Shown here: one piece after another, positions 41,920-56,300 of the stretch | How positions within the stretch are numbered: the stretch's first letter is position 1 | How the letters are laid out: the number at the start of each line of letters is the position of its first letter | From: Bugula neritina | Taxonomy: Eukaryota; Animalia; Bryozoa | Direction: 5' to 3' | Assembly (NCBI GenBank): GCA_964035545.1 | Contig: OZ037773.1 | Coordinates: 10,631,751 to 10,695,750 of the forward strand | DNA: 64,000 nt | Translations under genes and position numbers: made by a program | Notes under the pieces: model-generated | What the model was told of the DNA's origin: nothing | Seen by the model: only the letters and a program-made list of their open reading frames with translations | Database searches by the model: none

Positions 41920-44900
41920 ATGAGTGGCTCTGAATCCTCTCCGGAAATCACAAGGAGAGAAGAAGTGGAGGAGCTTGACCAATCGTGTGAGTCGGTCTTA
42001 AATTACCAGAATATATTATATATTATTCCTACCCAACAAATATAGTATCTTGATTATATTAGTACAATGCATAGCGTACTGTATATGCTTTAAATTACCA
42101 CCTTTAACTGCTATGTCCTGCTTGGGTGGTGGATTAGATACCTCTTATATATTATAATATAATGTAGTATATTCCATATGCTTATTATATTATTATTACT
42201 ACATAATATACTGTATATACTTATTTTATATAAAGAATATTTTTAGTACCTCAGGTTATTGTTAGTGAAGGAAAGCGTGCTGATAAGGAGTTGTCAGGTC
42301 AGAAAAGAGTAGCTAACTCTACAGTGTGGCAGTATGGTAAAAATTTCTCAGCTTATAGTTACGGCGCTGGCTACTCTACTATACATCGACTTTCCCGCTC
42401 TCCACTTCGTGACCCTGCAGCAGATAATAGTATGTATGTGTATAGCTATACCTCTAATATACCTCTATATCACCACCAAGTAGCTAATAGTATGTCTGTG
42501 TATAGCTATACCTCTAATATACCTCTATATCACCACCAAGTAGCTAATAGTATGTCTGTGTATAGCTATACCTCTAATATACCTCTATATCACCACCAAG
42601 TGGCTAGACATTGCAATAGTACTACTCTTTGACAAAGCAAGACGATGCACTGCTCTGTTTTGTAGAATCTGTTGATGAAGTCAACAACAGCAAAAGGAAA
42701 TATCCAGTAAACTCCACTCTGATTGGTGCAAAATATGCCCGGAACATCTATGACTTATCAGCGGTAATTCTTCATAAGTTGTTATTTTATATACCTACTA
42801 TATAATATAATATAACTACTCTGTATATACTACATAATACAATATATAATATAATATAACTACTCTGTATATACTACATAATACAATATATAATATAATA
42901 TAACTACTCTGTATATACTACATAATACAATATATAATATAATATAACTACTCTGTATATACTACATAATACAATATATAATATAATATAACTACTCTGT
43001 ATATACTACATAATACAATATATAATATAATATAACTAAGCTGTATATACTACATAATACAATATATAATATAATATAACTACTCTGTATATACTACATA
43101 ATACAATATATAATATAATATAACTACTCTGTATATACTACATAATACAATATATAATATAATATAACTACTCTGTATATACTATATAATACAATATATA
43201 ATATAATATAACTACTCTGTATATACTACATAATACAATATATAATATAATATAACTACTCTGTATATACTATATAATACAATATATAATATAATATAAC
43301 TACTCTGTATATACTACATAATATAATATATAATATAATATAACTAAGCTGTATATACTACATAATATAATATATAATATAATATAACTAAGCTGTATAT
43401 ACTACATAATATAATATATAATATAATATAACTACTCTGTATATACTATATAATATAATATATAATATAATATAACTAAGCTGTATATACTACATAATAT
43501 AATATATAATATAATATAACTAAGCTGTATATACTACATAATACAATATATAATATAATATAACTAAACTGTATAATTATACTATATTATGTTTCTCACA
43601 GGGTCCCACGCCTTCCCCCATTTCTGATAACCTGAAAGATGTTATTTCCAGTAAATTTAGATGGTCATCAGACGACATTGCTACCACTATCAGTACAAAC
43701 ACTACCAGTGTAGCCACTACTACCAGTACAATAACTAACAGTGCGACTACTACCAGTACAATAACTAACAGTGCGACTACTACCAGTACAAACACTACCA
43801 GTGTGACTACTACCAGTCACTTCTCACCTACAAGCAGGAATAAGCAGGTAGTTATATATACTGGTAACTGTATGTAATGTATTGACTATATGTAATATAG
43901 TAACTGTAATAAATATACTTACACTACTCTGTCTCATGGCAGGTACCATTTGCTTCCAGCACACCAGTTAAGAATCTCTATTCTGTCCCTGAGCTCAAAG
44001 TGAGTGTAAATGTTATACTATGTAATATATACTATATTATATACTATACTATATGCATTATACTATATTATATACTATACTATATGCATTATACTATATT
44101 ATATACTATACTATATGCATTATACTATATTATATACTATATGCATTATACTCTTAACCTGGCGAAGTGGCTTTCATTAAATAAACCCATTGATTGTAGT
44201 GAAGCATAAATTTACAACAATATTATATACTATACTATATGCATTATACTATGTTGTACAGCATATTATATATTGTACAGCATACTATATATTGTACAGC
44301 ATACTATATATTGTACAGCATACTATATATTGTACAGCATACTATATATTGTACAGCATACTATATATTGTACAGCATACTATATATTGTACAGCATACT
44401 ATATATTGTACAGCATACTATATATTGTACAGTATATTATATATTGTACAGCATACTATATATTGTACAGCATATTATATATTGTACAGCATACTATATA
44501 TTGTACAGCATACTATATATTGTACAGCATACTATATATTGTACAGTATATTATATATTGTACAGCATACTATATATTGTACAGCATACTATATATTGTA
44601 CAGCATATTATATATTGTACATACTATATGTTGTACAGCATACTATATATTGTACAGCATACTATATATTGTGCAGTATATTATATGTTGTACATACTAT
44701 ATGCATTCTACTAATATATCGTAGAGTATATAATATATTGTAGACATCTCTCTCAGATGTAGTTCCATCAGAACACACAGACAGCATAAAACTCGGTTGC
44801 TCTACCAGATTCACTAACAGCATGTTTGATGAGATGTCCAGCTCTTCTCACCTCCCCAACCTCCATGCTGACTCTCACCTCCCCAACCTCCATGCTGACT

Positions 44901-46540
44901 CTCACCTCCCCAACCTCCATGCTGACTCTCACCTCCCCAACCTCCATGCTGACTCTCACCTTCCCAACCTCCATGCTGACTCTCACCTCCCCAACCTCCA
45001 TGCTGACTCATGGCATGTTCAGAGCAGAGAGTACAGTGGAGGCGGACTAGAAGAAGTAAAGAAGAGGATGAGAAGAATGGCTGAGGATACTCAACACTTA
45101 CCACTTGCTGACAGAGTAATCAGAGGTAGAAAAATAAAATATTCCTCTTCAAGTAGACAATCTACAGATCAGATGTTAACTTCTACTGCTGCCTTCCCTA
45201 CCATTTCTACTGCATCTGTCTCCGGTACCACTTCTACTGCTGTGCTGTCTAGGCCTGCATGTGAGTCGTATACTTTACACTAACAACTAGTATAATATGA
45301 TATTGAGAGAGTATATTATATTCATATTGTGTTATATAGACTGAGAGAGTATATTATATTGTGTTATACAGACTGAGAGAGTATATTATATTGTGTTATA
45401 CAGACTGAGAGAGTATATTATATTGTGTTATATAGACTGAGAGAGTATATTATATTGTGTTATATAGACTGCAGGAGGAGCTCAGGCTTTAGAATGAAAC
45501 TCACTGCATCCTCCCCTGTTTTAGCTCTGCCTCGCCCCGTCACACAAAGTACTCCAGTCATTAGACTGAAGAGGAGACACGCTTCCATCAGTTTCCAGAA
45601 CAAGTTTATACCTGAAGAAACTTTACCTGAAGAAACGCTTCCTGAAGAAACTTTACCCAAAAGAGACAATACACCTGAGAGAGACAGTACACCTGGGAGA
45701 GACAGTACACCTGGGAGAGATAATATACCTGGGAGAGACAGTACACCTGGGAGAGACAGTACACCTGGGAGAGACAATACACCTGGGAGAGACAGTACAC
45801 CTGGGAGAGACAGTACACCTGGGAGAGACAATATACCTGAGAGAGACAGTACACCTGGGAGAGACAGTACACCTGGGAGAGACAGTACACCTGGGAGAGA
45901 TAGTATACCTGGGAGAGACAGTACACCTGGGAGAGACAGTACACCTGGGAGAGACAGTACACCTGGGAGAGACAGTGCACCTGGGAGAGATAATATACCT
46001 GGGAGAGACAATATACTGGAACACAAAGAAAGTGGTTTAGCTGGTGTAAAGTGCTTTCTCCCTCACATTCAAAAACAGGTACCTCTTTTTTGTATTATAC
46101 ACTTGCTAGTAATATTGTAGATATACTATATATAGAGTAGAGAGACTTGCTAGTAATATTGTAGATATACTATATACTATAGAGTAGAGAGACTTGCTAG
46201 TAATATTGTAGATATACTATATACTATATAGAGTAGAGAGACTTGCTAGTAATATTGTAGATATACTATAGAGTAGAGAGACTTGCTAGTAATATTGTAG
46301 ATATACTATATACTATATAGAGTAGAGAGACTTGCTAGTAATATTGTAGATATACTATAGAGTAGAGAGAGTTGCTAGTAATATTGTAGATATACTGTAG
46401 AGTAGAGAGACTTGCTAGTAATATTGTAGATAGACAAGATAAATGAGTTGTGGTCAAGAAGACATCCAGAACACTATGAGAGAACCAAACATATTCCCAC
46501 AGACACTCTGATGTGCAATTATACAATTATCAACCAATGA
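41920..46540 (+). CDS. Uncharacterised low-complexity, probably disordered protein; 8 predicted exons: 41920-41986, 42247-42429, 42666-42763, 43602-43847, 43943-43999, 44744-45260, 45468-46078, 46430-46540
   Basis: Eight GT-AG-bounded blocks splice in phase into one stop-free ORF (MSGSESSPEI...NYTIINQ*), with Thr-rich, HLPNLHADS x6 and RDSTPG x20 coding repeats. No family recognised. Confidence 0.7.
42797..44700. repeat. Orphan-gene intron arrays: 43-bp (42797-43575) and 20-bp (44253-44700)
   Basis: Direct inspection. Confidence 0.92.
45662..46021 (+). repeat. Coding 18-bp repeat x20 (RD[S/N][T/I]P[G/E])
   Basis: agagacagtacacctggg units, in frame within the predicted exon. Confidence 0.9.
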
Positions 46541-47363
46541 GTATGCAAGTGATTTCAATACGCTATTTTCTTACACTGTTGTGTTTACAGACAATTCGAA
46601 TCTATTTTGTTATTGGATTAGCATGAACTCTATACGAAGACTTATATTTCCTGATTGTAGATTTAACTTGCGATTAGATGTTATTGTATTATTTTCAGAC
46701 AGCATTTCCTTTACTCTGTAACTATGTATATGACTAGTAGAATATTATCATTCTTCTTATTGGGTTGTTACATTATGTTGATTATTTTGTTAGATTATAC
46801 TTATATATTTTGTTATTAAATAGAGTTGACTTCATCTCTGGAAGACATCTAATAGTTCACTGCATTAAGAATTTAAAAGCTGTATTAGCATTATTACAAT
46901 ATAAATGACATCTTACAAAGGAAAAATAAAATTAGTAAAATAAAAAGAATAATTCAGCTGAGGAGTGTTCAATGAGATTGCAATGTCAACAGATTTCAGC
47001 AACGCACCAAATAGCAATGGACACACTAAACAACATGGCAGAACATGTAAACCAACCATCAGTCAACAATGCTATTTAGACGAAGCTGAATCCATAGGAA
47101 TTGCAGTCCAGCATGAGTAAAAGCTGTCCAAATCAATGGCAAGAATGTAAGATACGGAAATTATCGAATGAAAAGTAAAACGTGTTGTAAACAGAATGAC
47201 TAATAATTAGCACTATAGTCTTATGAAACAGGAAGGAAGACTAATTACTCGTTACGACAGTCAACAGTTGGACTAGTTCCATGTAACACAACTAGGAATA
47301 TGTCAGTAGAAACAGTAAACAAGCCCTTTATCACAGGACGACATCCTAATGGTAGCTGGCGTT

Positions 47364-50300
47364 CTATTGGACAATACTCCACTGGAGGACAGTGGAATCT
47401 TTACCGCCAGCAGATAACATGGTCTCACCGGTGCAGGTAAACTTAACAGAGGTCACATGACTGCTGTGACCAGAATAACTGTGACCATTGGCCTGCAATA
47501 GTTGAAACAAGCATTTGTTAGTAAATTATTAAATTAGGGTAACTGTAAGGATAAGATAACTCACTGTGGGGGTTCTGTTAGGGTAACTGCAATAAAAATA
47601 TAACTTACTGTGGGGGTTCTGCTAGGGTAACTGCAATAAAAATATAACTTACTGTGGGGGTTCTGCTAGGGTAACTGTAAAGGTTCACTTTGCCGAAATC
47701 GTCGGCGCTTGCAACAAGAGATTTATCCCTGTTGACGGCACAACCATTGATATCAGTTCCATCAGCTCCGGCTGGCCAGATACCTGAGTATTATTATACA
47801 GTTAATATTATGTAACACTATATATACTTGAGTATTATTATACAGTTAATATTATGCAATTCTATATAATATATACTTGAGTATTAACAACTCACCCACA
47901 GTGTTGAGTGAAAGAGTACAATTCTGAGTTACAAACTCCAATTCTCGGATTTTGTCCCCCTGAAAAACAAGCGGCTGTGTATGATTGGTCACAGGTCAGG
48001 AGAGTAGGAGAGAAATTTGCAGAGTATGTGAAGCAACAGTAGAGTATACACGAAGCGGCCACACATTGCAGGACATATTTATGAAGAAACATGCATGTGT
48101 TACTGAGAGTTGAAACACATTGCTTTATAAGATAAGCATTGAAAATTTAACACAAAGTAATAAAGAGTAAGAAAGTATCTACAAGGGAAGCAAATCTGCG
48201 CTGTGATCAAACGTGATGAAACAGCATTGACTATATCCGGGATAGAAAGGCAATTAATAACAGAATTTACCATACTACTGTAAATCGGCAATTAGAGTAG
48301 AGAGTGTCTAGTATATGATAGAATAAAGAGTATACAGTGTGTGATAGAATAGAGAGTGTATAGTATATAATAGAACAGAGAGTATATGATAGAACAGAGA
48401 GTATATAGTATATGATAGAATAGAGTATACAGTATAATAACCTACATTGTGGGCAGCTCGAATAACAACTGGAAGCTGTGAATGAAACACAACACATTTG
48501 GTTATGGATATTCAATTTACAAAACTATAATTAGACACAACACAAAGCAGAAACAAAGGGGCAGGCGGCAAAACAGTTGACAAATTTCAAAAGATATATT
48601 TTAAACTTGGGGTGCCATCATATCTTAAAGGCATACTAAAAGCATCCAAAACAAAGTCATAGAGAGGGCAACTTCTAGTAATATGCAGTGAAATGCATCA
48701 GCAGACAGGCTAAAACATACTGACCGATGAACTACCCTGCAACAAACATATACCTAGTAGTAGTAAACAACAAACAGGAAGTAGTAAACATACAAACAGG
48801 AAGTAGTAAACATACAAACAGGAAGTAGTAAACATACAAACAGGAAGTAGTAAACATACAAACAGGAAGTAGTAAACATACAAACAGAAAGTAGTAAACA
48901 TATGGTTACTAAGGTTACCTCAGTGAACTGTTTGCAAGTTGAAACCTCCCAGTACAGCAGCTCATAGTCCCCGGAGTTACTTCGCAGATACGAGCCGTCA
49001 ACTGACCAATCAATGTGGGTGACAAAGCTGGTATGTCCTTGACATTTACCTGAATATTAAAATGTCATCAGAATACACACCCTGACATACATACGGAAGG
49101 TGTGTTGTAAGCAGTATGACATCATCAATATACGTGACAGACTCACCTGCCAACTTCAAACTAGCTCCGCCTTCTATCTTGTAAACGTAAATATTATTGT
49201 CTCGGGAACCAAATGCCACGTATGCTCCATCTAACAACACGAATAACAATGACAATATCTGAAACCTTGACAAGCACCTGCAGACACCTGCTAAGACAGT
49301 GACAAGCACCTGCAGACACCTGCTATGACAGAGACAAGCACCTGCAGACACCTGCTATGAGCTACACGAGTACGCTGAGTCAGCAGAGACTTACCAGGAG
49401 AGAACTCACAGCACTCCAGCTGCTCGCTGCCACAGGATCCAGAGGTGAGTTGCTGCTGGGAGCTGACTTGGTAGACGTACCAGTTTGGAGTTCTGCTGCC
49501 GACTGCTAGCAACTCTCCATCATGACTCACTGACACACAGTGCAGACTCTCCGACACACTGATATCCCACAATGCCCTGTGCTCTGCAGCATCCCACAGC
49601 TTGATGTGGTTGTCGTAGGCGCAGGTGAAGAAGTGGTGAGAGGAGTTGTGTTCTGCCAGTCCCCAGAGCTCTCCATAGTGACCTTGAGTCACGACCTTAA
49701 CGGAGGTCATGTCTGAGAGGTTGTCTCCACATATGATGCTGTTCTTGATAGTCCCCACCAGGTACTTGTCTCCTCTCTTCACCAAAGTCCTCGAGGAACC
49801 AACTTCCTCTGGCAGCAGATGGCAGCTAGTCTCACTCTTCTCCTTCAAGTCCCAACTCTTCACCAGCCTGTCTCTCCCTCCACCAGATATCAGCGTTCCA
49901 TCCTCCGCCAAAGCCAGGTTGAAGACAACTCCTTCATGAGCTGCCGACAGGATGCTGCTTATCTTGTTACTTCCTGCAACACAGTAACCATGGTAACTAG
50001 AGTATATTACACACTGGAGTGTGATATGTAATAGAGTATGATATGTAATAGAGTATGATATGTAATAGAGTATGATATGTAATTGAGTATGATATGTAAT
50101 AGAGTATGATATGTAATAGAGTATGATATGTAATAGAGTATGATATGTAATAGAGTATGATATGTAATTGAGTATGATATGTAATAGAGTATGATATGTA
50201 ATAGAGTATGATATGTAATAGAGTATGATATGTAATAGAGTATGATATGTAATAGAGTATGATATGTAATAGAGTATGATATGTAATAGAGTATGATATG

Positions 50301-53300
50301 TAATAGAGTATGATATGTAATAGAGTATATGTAATAGAGTATGATATGTAATAGCGTATGATATGTACCTTTATTCCAAATGAGAATATTCCCGTTGCTA
50401 TCTCCTGTCACAACGTGTCCTTCAGGGGTGAAGGTCAAACAAGTCACAAACTTGGGCTTGTCATGTTTCTGCAAACAACACAGAAAACACTAGAGTTTTC
50501 TGAGAGAGAGAGAGTCTCAGAGAGGGGTGTGGTCTCACAGAGAGGGGGTGTGGTCTCACAGAGAGGGGGGTGTGGTCTCACAGAGAGGGGTGTGGTCTCA
50601 CAGAGAGAGGGGGGTGTGGTCTCACAGAGAGAGGGGGTGTGGTCTCACAGAGAGAGGGGGTGTGGTTGACTCACCTCAAACAAGGCCATTTTCTTCCCCA
50701 GAGTTTTACCGTCAAGACTCCAGAAGGAAAGCTGATTCTTGCCACAGCAGACGATTTGATTGGCTTCTGTTGGGTGAAACTCTGCCTGATAGACAGCGTC
50801 TTGAGAAGCCTGCAAGTGTAGAGTAGTATATATACAAGTATAGAGTAGTATATATACAAGTATAGAGTAGTATATATACAAGTATAGAGTAGTATATATA
50901 CAAGTGTAGAGTAGTATATATACAAGTATAGAGTAGTATATGTGACCAGTCGCGACAAAACCGGGGATGTGGCGGCGTTTATCAAGTGTAGTAAATGAAG
51001 GTTTAATTTGGAAATACTGAAATTTGAAATTTATTTCCAATTTTTTGATTTTAAACTTTTCTAATACAAAAAAATCCAAGGATTTCAAAAATCATAATTT
51101 CGCAAGCATTTGATGCTTCCTTCAGCTTTAAAATTGCATTTAAAGTTGGTAACTAAGGTATTTAATTTTTCAAATGATGAAAAAATTGCGAAGTTATAAA
51201 ATAAAGAAAGAAGACAATTTTAATCATTTTTATAGCGTGAGATCTTGCAAATTTAATTTTTGTCAAATGATTTTACGTTAAACCTCTTCTTTTGCATTGT
51301 CAGAAATATCATATTCAAAATCAAAGGCTAGCTTTCGTTTTTCATTGCGCTCCATGCTAAGTTAGCTTGTAATGTAATTAGTTACTGAGCTGTTTTGCCT
51401 TTTGATGATAGATGCTTAACTTAATCTTTAGCGTTCAAGCTTGAAAATCACATCACAGGTAATTATATTCAAAACAATCATTTGCACTACTAGCTTAAAC
51501 TTTTTCCCAGGATTATTTGTAGTTATCAATTTATTTATACCTACAATTATACTATCACTATGATTCACAGTTTGTGGTACTCATAATCAAATCGATTATC
51601 ATAATGAATATCATTCATCATTCATCTCATGATTTACTGATACTGGTAGTGGTACTTGGTAGTAAAACTAAATGCAGCTTACTAATAGTAATAGTATAAC
51701 TATAAGTGATTAAATTTAATAATTATAATTTCACTATTTGTGTCTGAGTTTCGTTTTTGGCTTTGCCCTTCAGTCTTAAACTTAAACTTAAAGCTTGATA
51801 CCGATACGGCGATAGTATGGTAATTGCTGTTATTTTAATTTACATTAGACTTACTCTTAGTAACTCTTAGCCTCTGTCTTACATTTTGTCAATACAGTTA
51901 CTGATTACTATTACTATTAGTATTAGTATTACTGATAGTTGACATTGACAACTATTAGAGTTAGACTTAGTATTGCCACAAAGTTGTTAATAGACTTGAA
52001 GATTTTTAGAAATAAATATTATTTTAATTAAATATGTTCAAATATATTTTATTATAATCAAGCTACCGTTTTCTTTTGTTATTTTTAAATTAGCTCAAAG
52101 TTTGATTTAAAATATAATGATAAAATCATTATCACATTATGCAGGCTTACAGTTACACTTACTGTCAAACCTCAATTGATAATCATATTCATATTGATAA
52201 AAGCATCACCTATAACCAAATTGAAATGGTAAATGTGATTGAATGTGAATGATTATAATGAAATATTAATGAAATATTAATGTGAGTTAATGATGATTGC
52301 TTCAAAATTGCCAATTGCAGATATGCTAGATATTCAAGTCTATAATATGTAATTTTACTGATAATACTATGTTAATATTGAATAATCCGATATTCTGTAC
52401 ATTTTAGAAAGTGGACTTGTAATGGCATCAGAGTGAAGACTTATACCTACACAACTCTACTACCTATCAATCTAATACTTCTAATGTAGACACTCTGGAT
52501 TTTGGCTTGTGAGGTTATGGCTTCTGCTTATTTCATTCATAAAAAGGTTTGCAGTCTTTTAATGATGTGCTTGAAAATTTTCAAGAATTTTTTTAATTTG
52601 AATTGTTTTGTTTAATTCAATAAATTTAAATTTTGGTAAAATTCATAATCACAATTAACTGCTGCCATAATAGTACCACTAAAGTGTTTAACCAACTAAT
52701 TTTTTACGATATGACTGGGTATAATTTTCAATCAAACTACCGTTTCCTTTTGTTATTTAAAAAAATTCAACATTGTACTTGCAGCTTTGGAGTAGACAGT
52801 AAGTGCGTAGATTGGCAGGATGGATGTCAAGTAGCAGCATCTATAATTGCTGGAAAATCGGTTGATGATAGTGTTAAAGCTTTTTCCACACGCATGATGT
52901 TATGTGTCCATACTCCTTAAACTCATATTATGAAGAACAAAGAATTAGAAAGATGAAAAGTGCCTTTTTTGCAAAGATCATAGAAGCTACCTAATTTTTT
53001 TTTCTTTATTAAAGAATTAATTAAAACATAATGGTTGTATCCAGGCTGGATTTTTTACTGCATTTAATTAGTTTTTTGAAATAATGTGTTTGATGTTTTT
53101 TAATGTGAATATTAATGCCTAAATAAAACTTAACAGTTCTAATAGGTGATTTTCTGTTTATATTTTCAACTTCTCAGCCAACTCAATTGCTAAATTTAAT
53201 TGCCGTTAGAGATTATAAAGATATTTTTGAGTCAATCTCACATGATCTCATAATATTCAAATAATTTTCTCATAAGTGTTCTACTCATTAAGCAATAACT

Positions 53301-56300
53301 ATGAAACATTACAGCTCAATAGCTGCAGTTTGATATATTACACAACATATTAGAGGAGAGGAAGGTATTCGATATATAACGGGAAGCAGCTGCCATTTTG
53401 TTTTATGTGACTTCCTGCTGACTTGGATGTCTAATTTAAATATCTCAACACACACACTTGCTGAAATATCCTCTTCCTTGCTGGAATTGTTAAACCTTTC
53501 AACCATTGAACAAAATAAAAATCGAATTGACAAATAAATCAGACAAAAAGTTTGGCAGCCATATTTGACCTAATTTTAAGTTGAGGCAGCATGGAATTTA
53601 GTTTAACAGAAAGCCCAAACTTTCACAATTATTTTGGTACCAAATTTGTCACTATTTCTATTATACAAAGACCCGTTGCTAAGGCTTGTAAATTGTAAAC
53701 AAATAATTGTCAACTTATTCTAGAGTTGCCAACTTTAAACGCGATTTTCTCAAAACAGTAATTTAGAAATTCTAAAAACGTTAAAGTTTTTAAATACTGA
53801 TATCTTGAGTTCTATTTATGCTAGAGACTTCAAATAAAGTGCAAAATGTTTGAAAAAATCTGCTCTATCGCTCCATAGCAATAACTAAGTTTTCAACATT
53901 TTATATACATCCCTTGTTTTGTGGTGCCAGGTCACATATATACAAGTATAGAGTAGTATATATACAAGTATAGAGTAGTATATATATAAGTATAGAGTAG
54001 TATATATACAAGTATAGAGTAGTATATATACAAGTATAGAGTAGTATATATACAAGTATAGAGTAGTATATATACAAGTATAGAGTAGTATATATACAAG
54101 TATAGAGTAGTATATATACAAGTGTAGAGTAGTATATATACAAGTATAGAGTAGTATATATACAAGTGTAGAGTAGTATGTATACAAGTATAGAGTGGTA
54201 TATGTACAAGTATAGAGTAGTATATATACAAGTATAGAGTAGCATATATACAAGTATAGAGTAGCATATATACAAGTATAGAGTAGTATATATACAAGTA
54301 TAGAGTAGTATATATACAAGTATAGAGTAGTATATATACAAGTGTAGAGTAGTATATATACAAGTATAGAGTAGTATATATACAAGTATAGAGTGGTATA
54401 TGTACAAGTATAGAGTAGTATATATACAAGTATAGAGTAGCATATATACAAGTATAGAGTAGTATATATACAAGTATAGAGTAGTATATATACAAGTATA
54501 GAGTAGTATATATACAAGTATAGAGTAGTATATATACAAGTATAGAGTAGTATATATACAAGTATAGAGTGGTATATATATAAGTATAGAGTAGTATATA
54601 TACAAGTGTAGAGTAGTATATGTACAAGTATAGAGTAGTATATATACAAGTATAGAGTAGTATATATACAAGTATAGAGTAGTATATATACAAGTATAGA
54701 GTAGTATACATACAAGTATAGAGTAGTATAGTATAGATTATAGAATATATAAACACCTTCATCTCGGCCAGTTTTGTTCCCTTGGCTCCCTTGTTCCAGT
54801 CCCAGACGGACATCCTGTGATCGTTGTGCTCGTCTACGGCGCAGAGCAGTTGCCCCCCGTCCGTCACGGAGAAGGAGATGCAGGCTACAGCTCTGTCCAA
54901 CATGCCGGCTCCAACCACCTTCAGCGTCTCCAGAGTAGAGCTGCTCCAGATGCGGATGTGCGGCAGGAAGTTGGGGTCAGTGGCAGCGGCTTTGCTGCCA
55001 CCTTTAGCACCCTACAATATAGTAATACATTACTATAATATATATTACTATATTATATATTACCATAATATATATTACTGTAATATGAACTTACTTTGAC
55101 CGGTCTGGCGTGACCAGCTACTTGTCCAGATGCGACAGTAACCCTATCAGGGTGCACAGCAATACTCTTCACATCGTCGGTGTGCTCCACGTAGTGTCTC
55201 TGGGAGGCGGTGTCCACGTCATAGATGACGCAGATGGAGGCAGTGAAGTAGACGACCTCTCCACTCCCCAGCAGCAGCAGGTTGTTGCGGCAGTCCTTCC
55301 CTCTGTAGCCGTACGCCCAGTCCAGCTTCAGCTGCTGCTGTGGAACCGGTGCTGGCTCGGGGTTCACAGGCTGCTCGTAACCTTCGGGTAGACGGAAACT
55401 GACGGGACGACCTTGTAAGTACATCCTGTACATTCCCGGCTCGTCCTTCACTTCCCTGTAAGAGAGAGAGGTGACATGACAGAGAGAGAGGTGACATGAC
55501 AGAGAGAGAGGTGACATGACAGAGAGAGAGGTGACATGACAGAGAGAGGTCACATAACGGGAGAGAAGTCACATGACAGAGAGAGGTCACATGACAGAGA
55601 GAGGTGTCACATGACAGAGAGAGATGTCACATGACAGAGAGAGATGTCACATGACACAACATTAAATACTGTGATAAGACTCAACACCTACTTGGAAACT
55701 CTCTCCTTAGACTGAAATCTCTTGTGCAAGGAGGATGAGGAGGTGGTGGGTACTCGTCTCCTACTGTCTGCCAGGTCCTCAGATGTGGAGCCACGACTAG
55801 CCCTCATCTGTCTCGGGTCAATAGTCTGCCTTCTGCTGGTAGGAGGGGCGCTGCGGGGCGGGGCCATAGCCCTCAGGGGGCCGGATCTCACTACAACCAA
55901 TCAGATCTCACCAGTTATCTGATACTGATGCCCTTGTTATGGTATCTAATAAACCGTATGATTCTCATCAGAGTGAGCAAGATCAATAGAGTGGTGTGAG
56001 TCAGTAGTTAGCCAGCTAGTTGGTGTTAGACAGCGAGTACTCAGTGAGCACCTGTATAGAGTGTCACAGACTGTCCTGCTGTAGCAGCAGCAGAGGCAGC
56101 ATGCTAGCAGCAGCAGAGGCAGCAAAGGAGGGGAGGACATTGATCTACTAGCCTAAGTAGCATTGAGTAGAGTAGAGTAGAGTAGAGTAGAGTAGAGTAG
56201 AGTGTACAGCTGCTAGGTATATAATTATACTGGTAGAAACACGACAATTACGTTTATTAGAATTGATCAAAATGCCACAATGAGATCCTGTATATAATAT

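Noticed and set aside
55946-56140. ORF with a signal-peptide-like start in EML intron 2
   Set aside because: Hydrophobicity comes from a CTG-rich microrepeat; not needed for the in-phase EML model.
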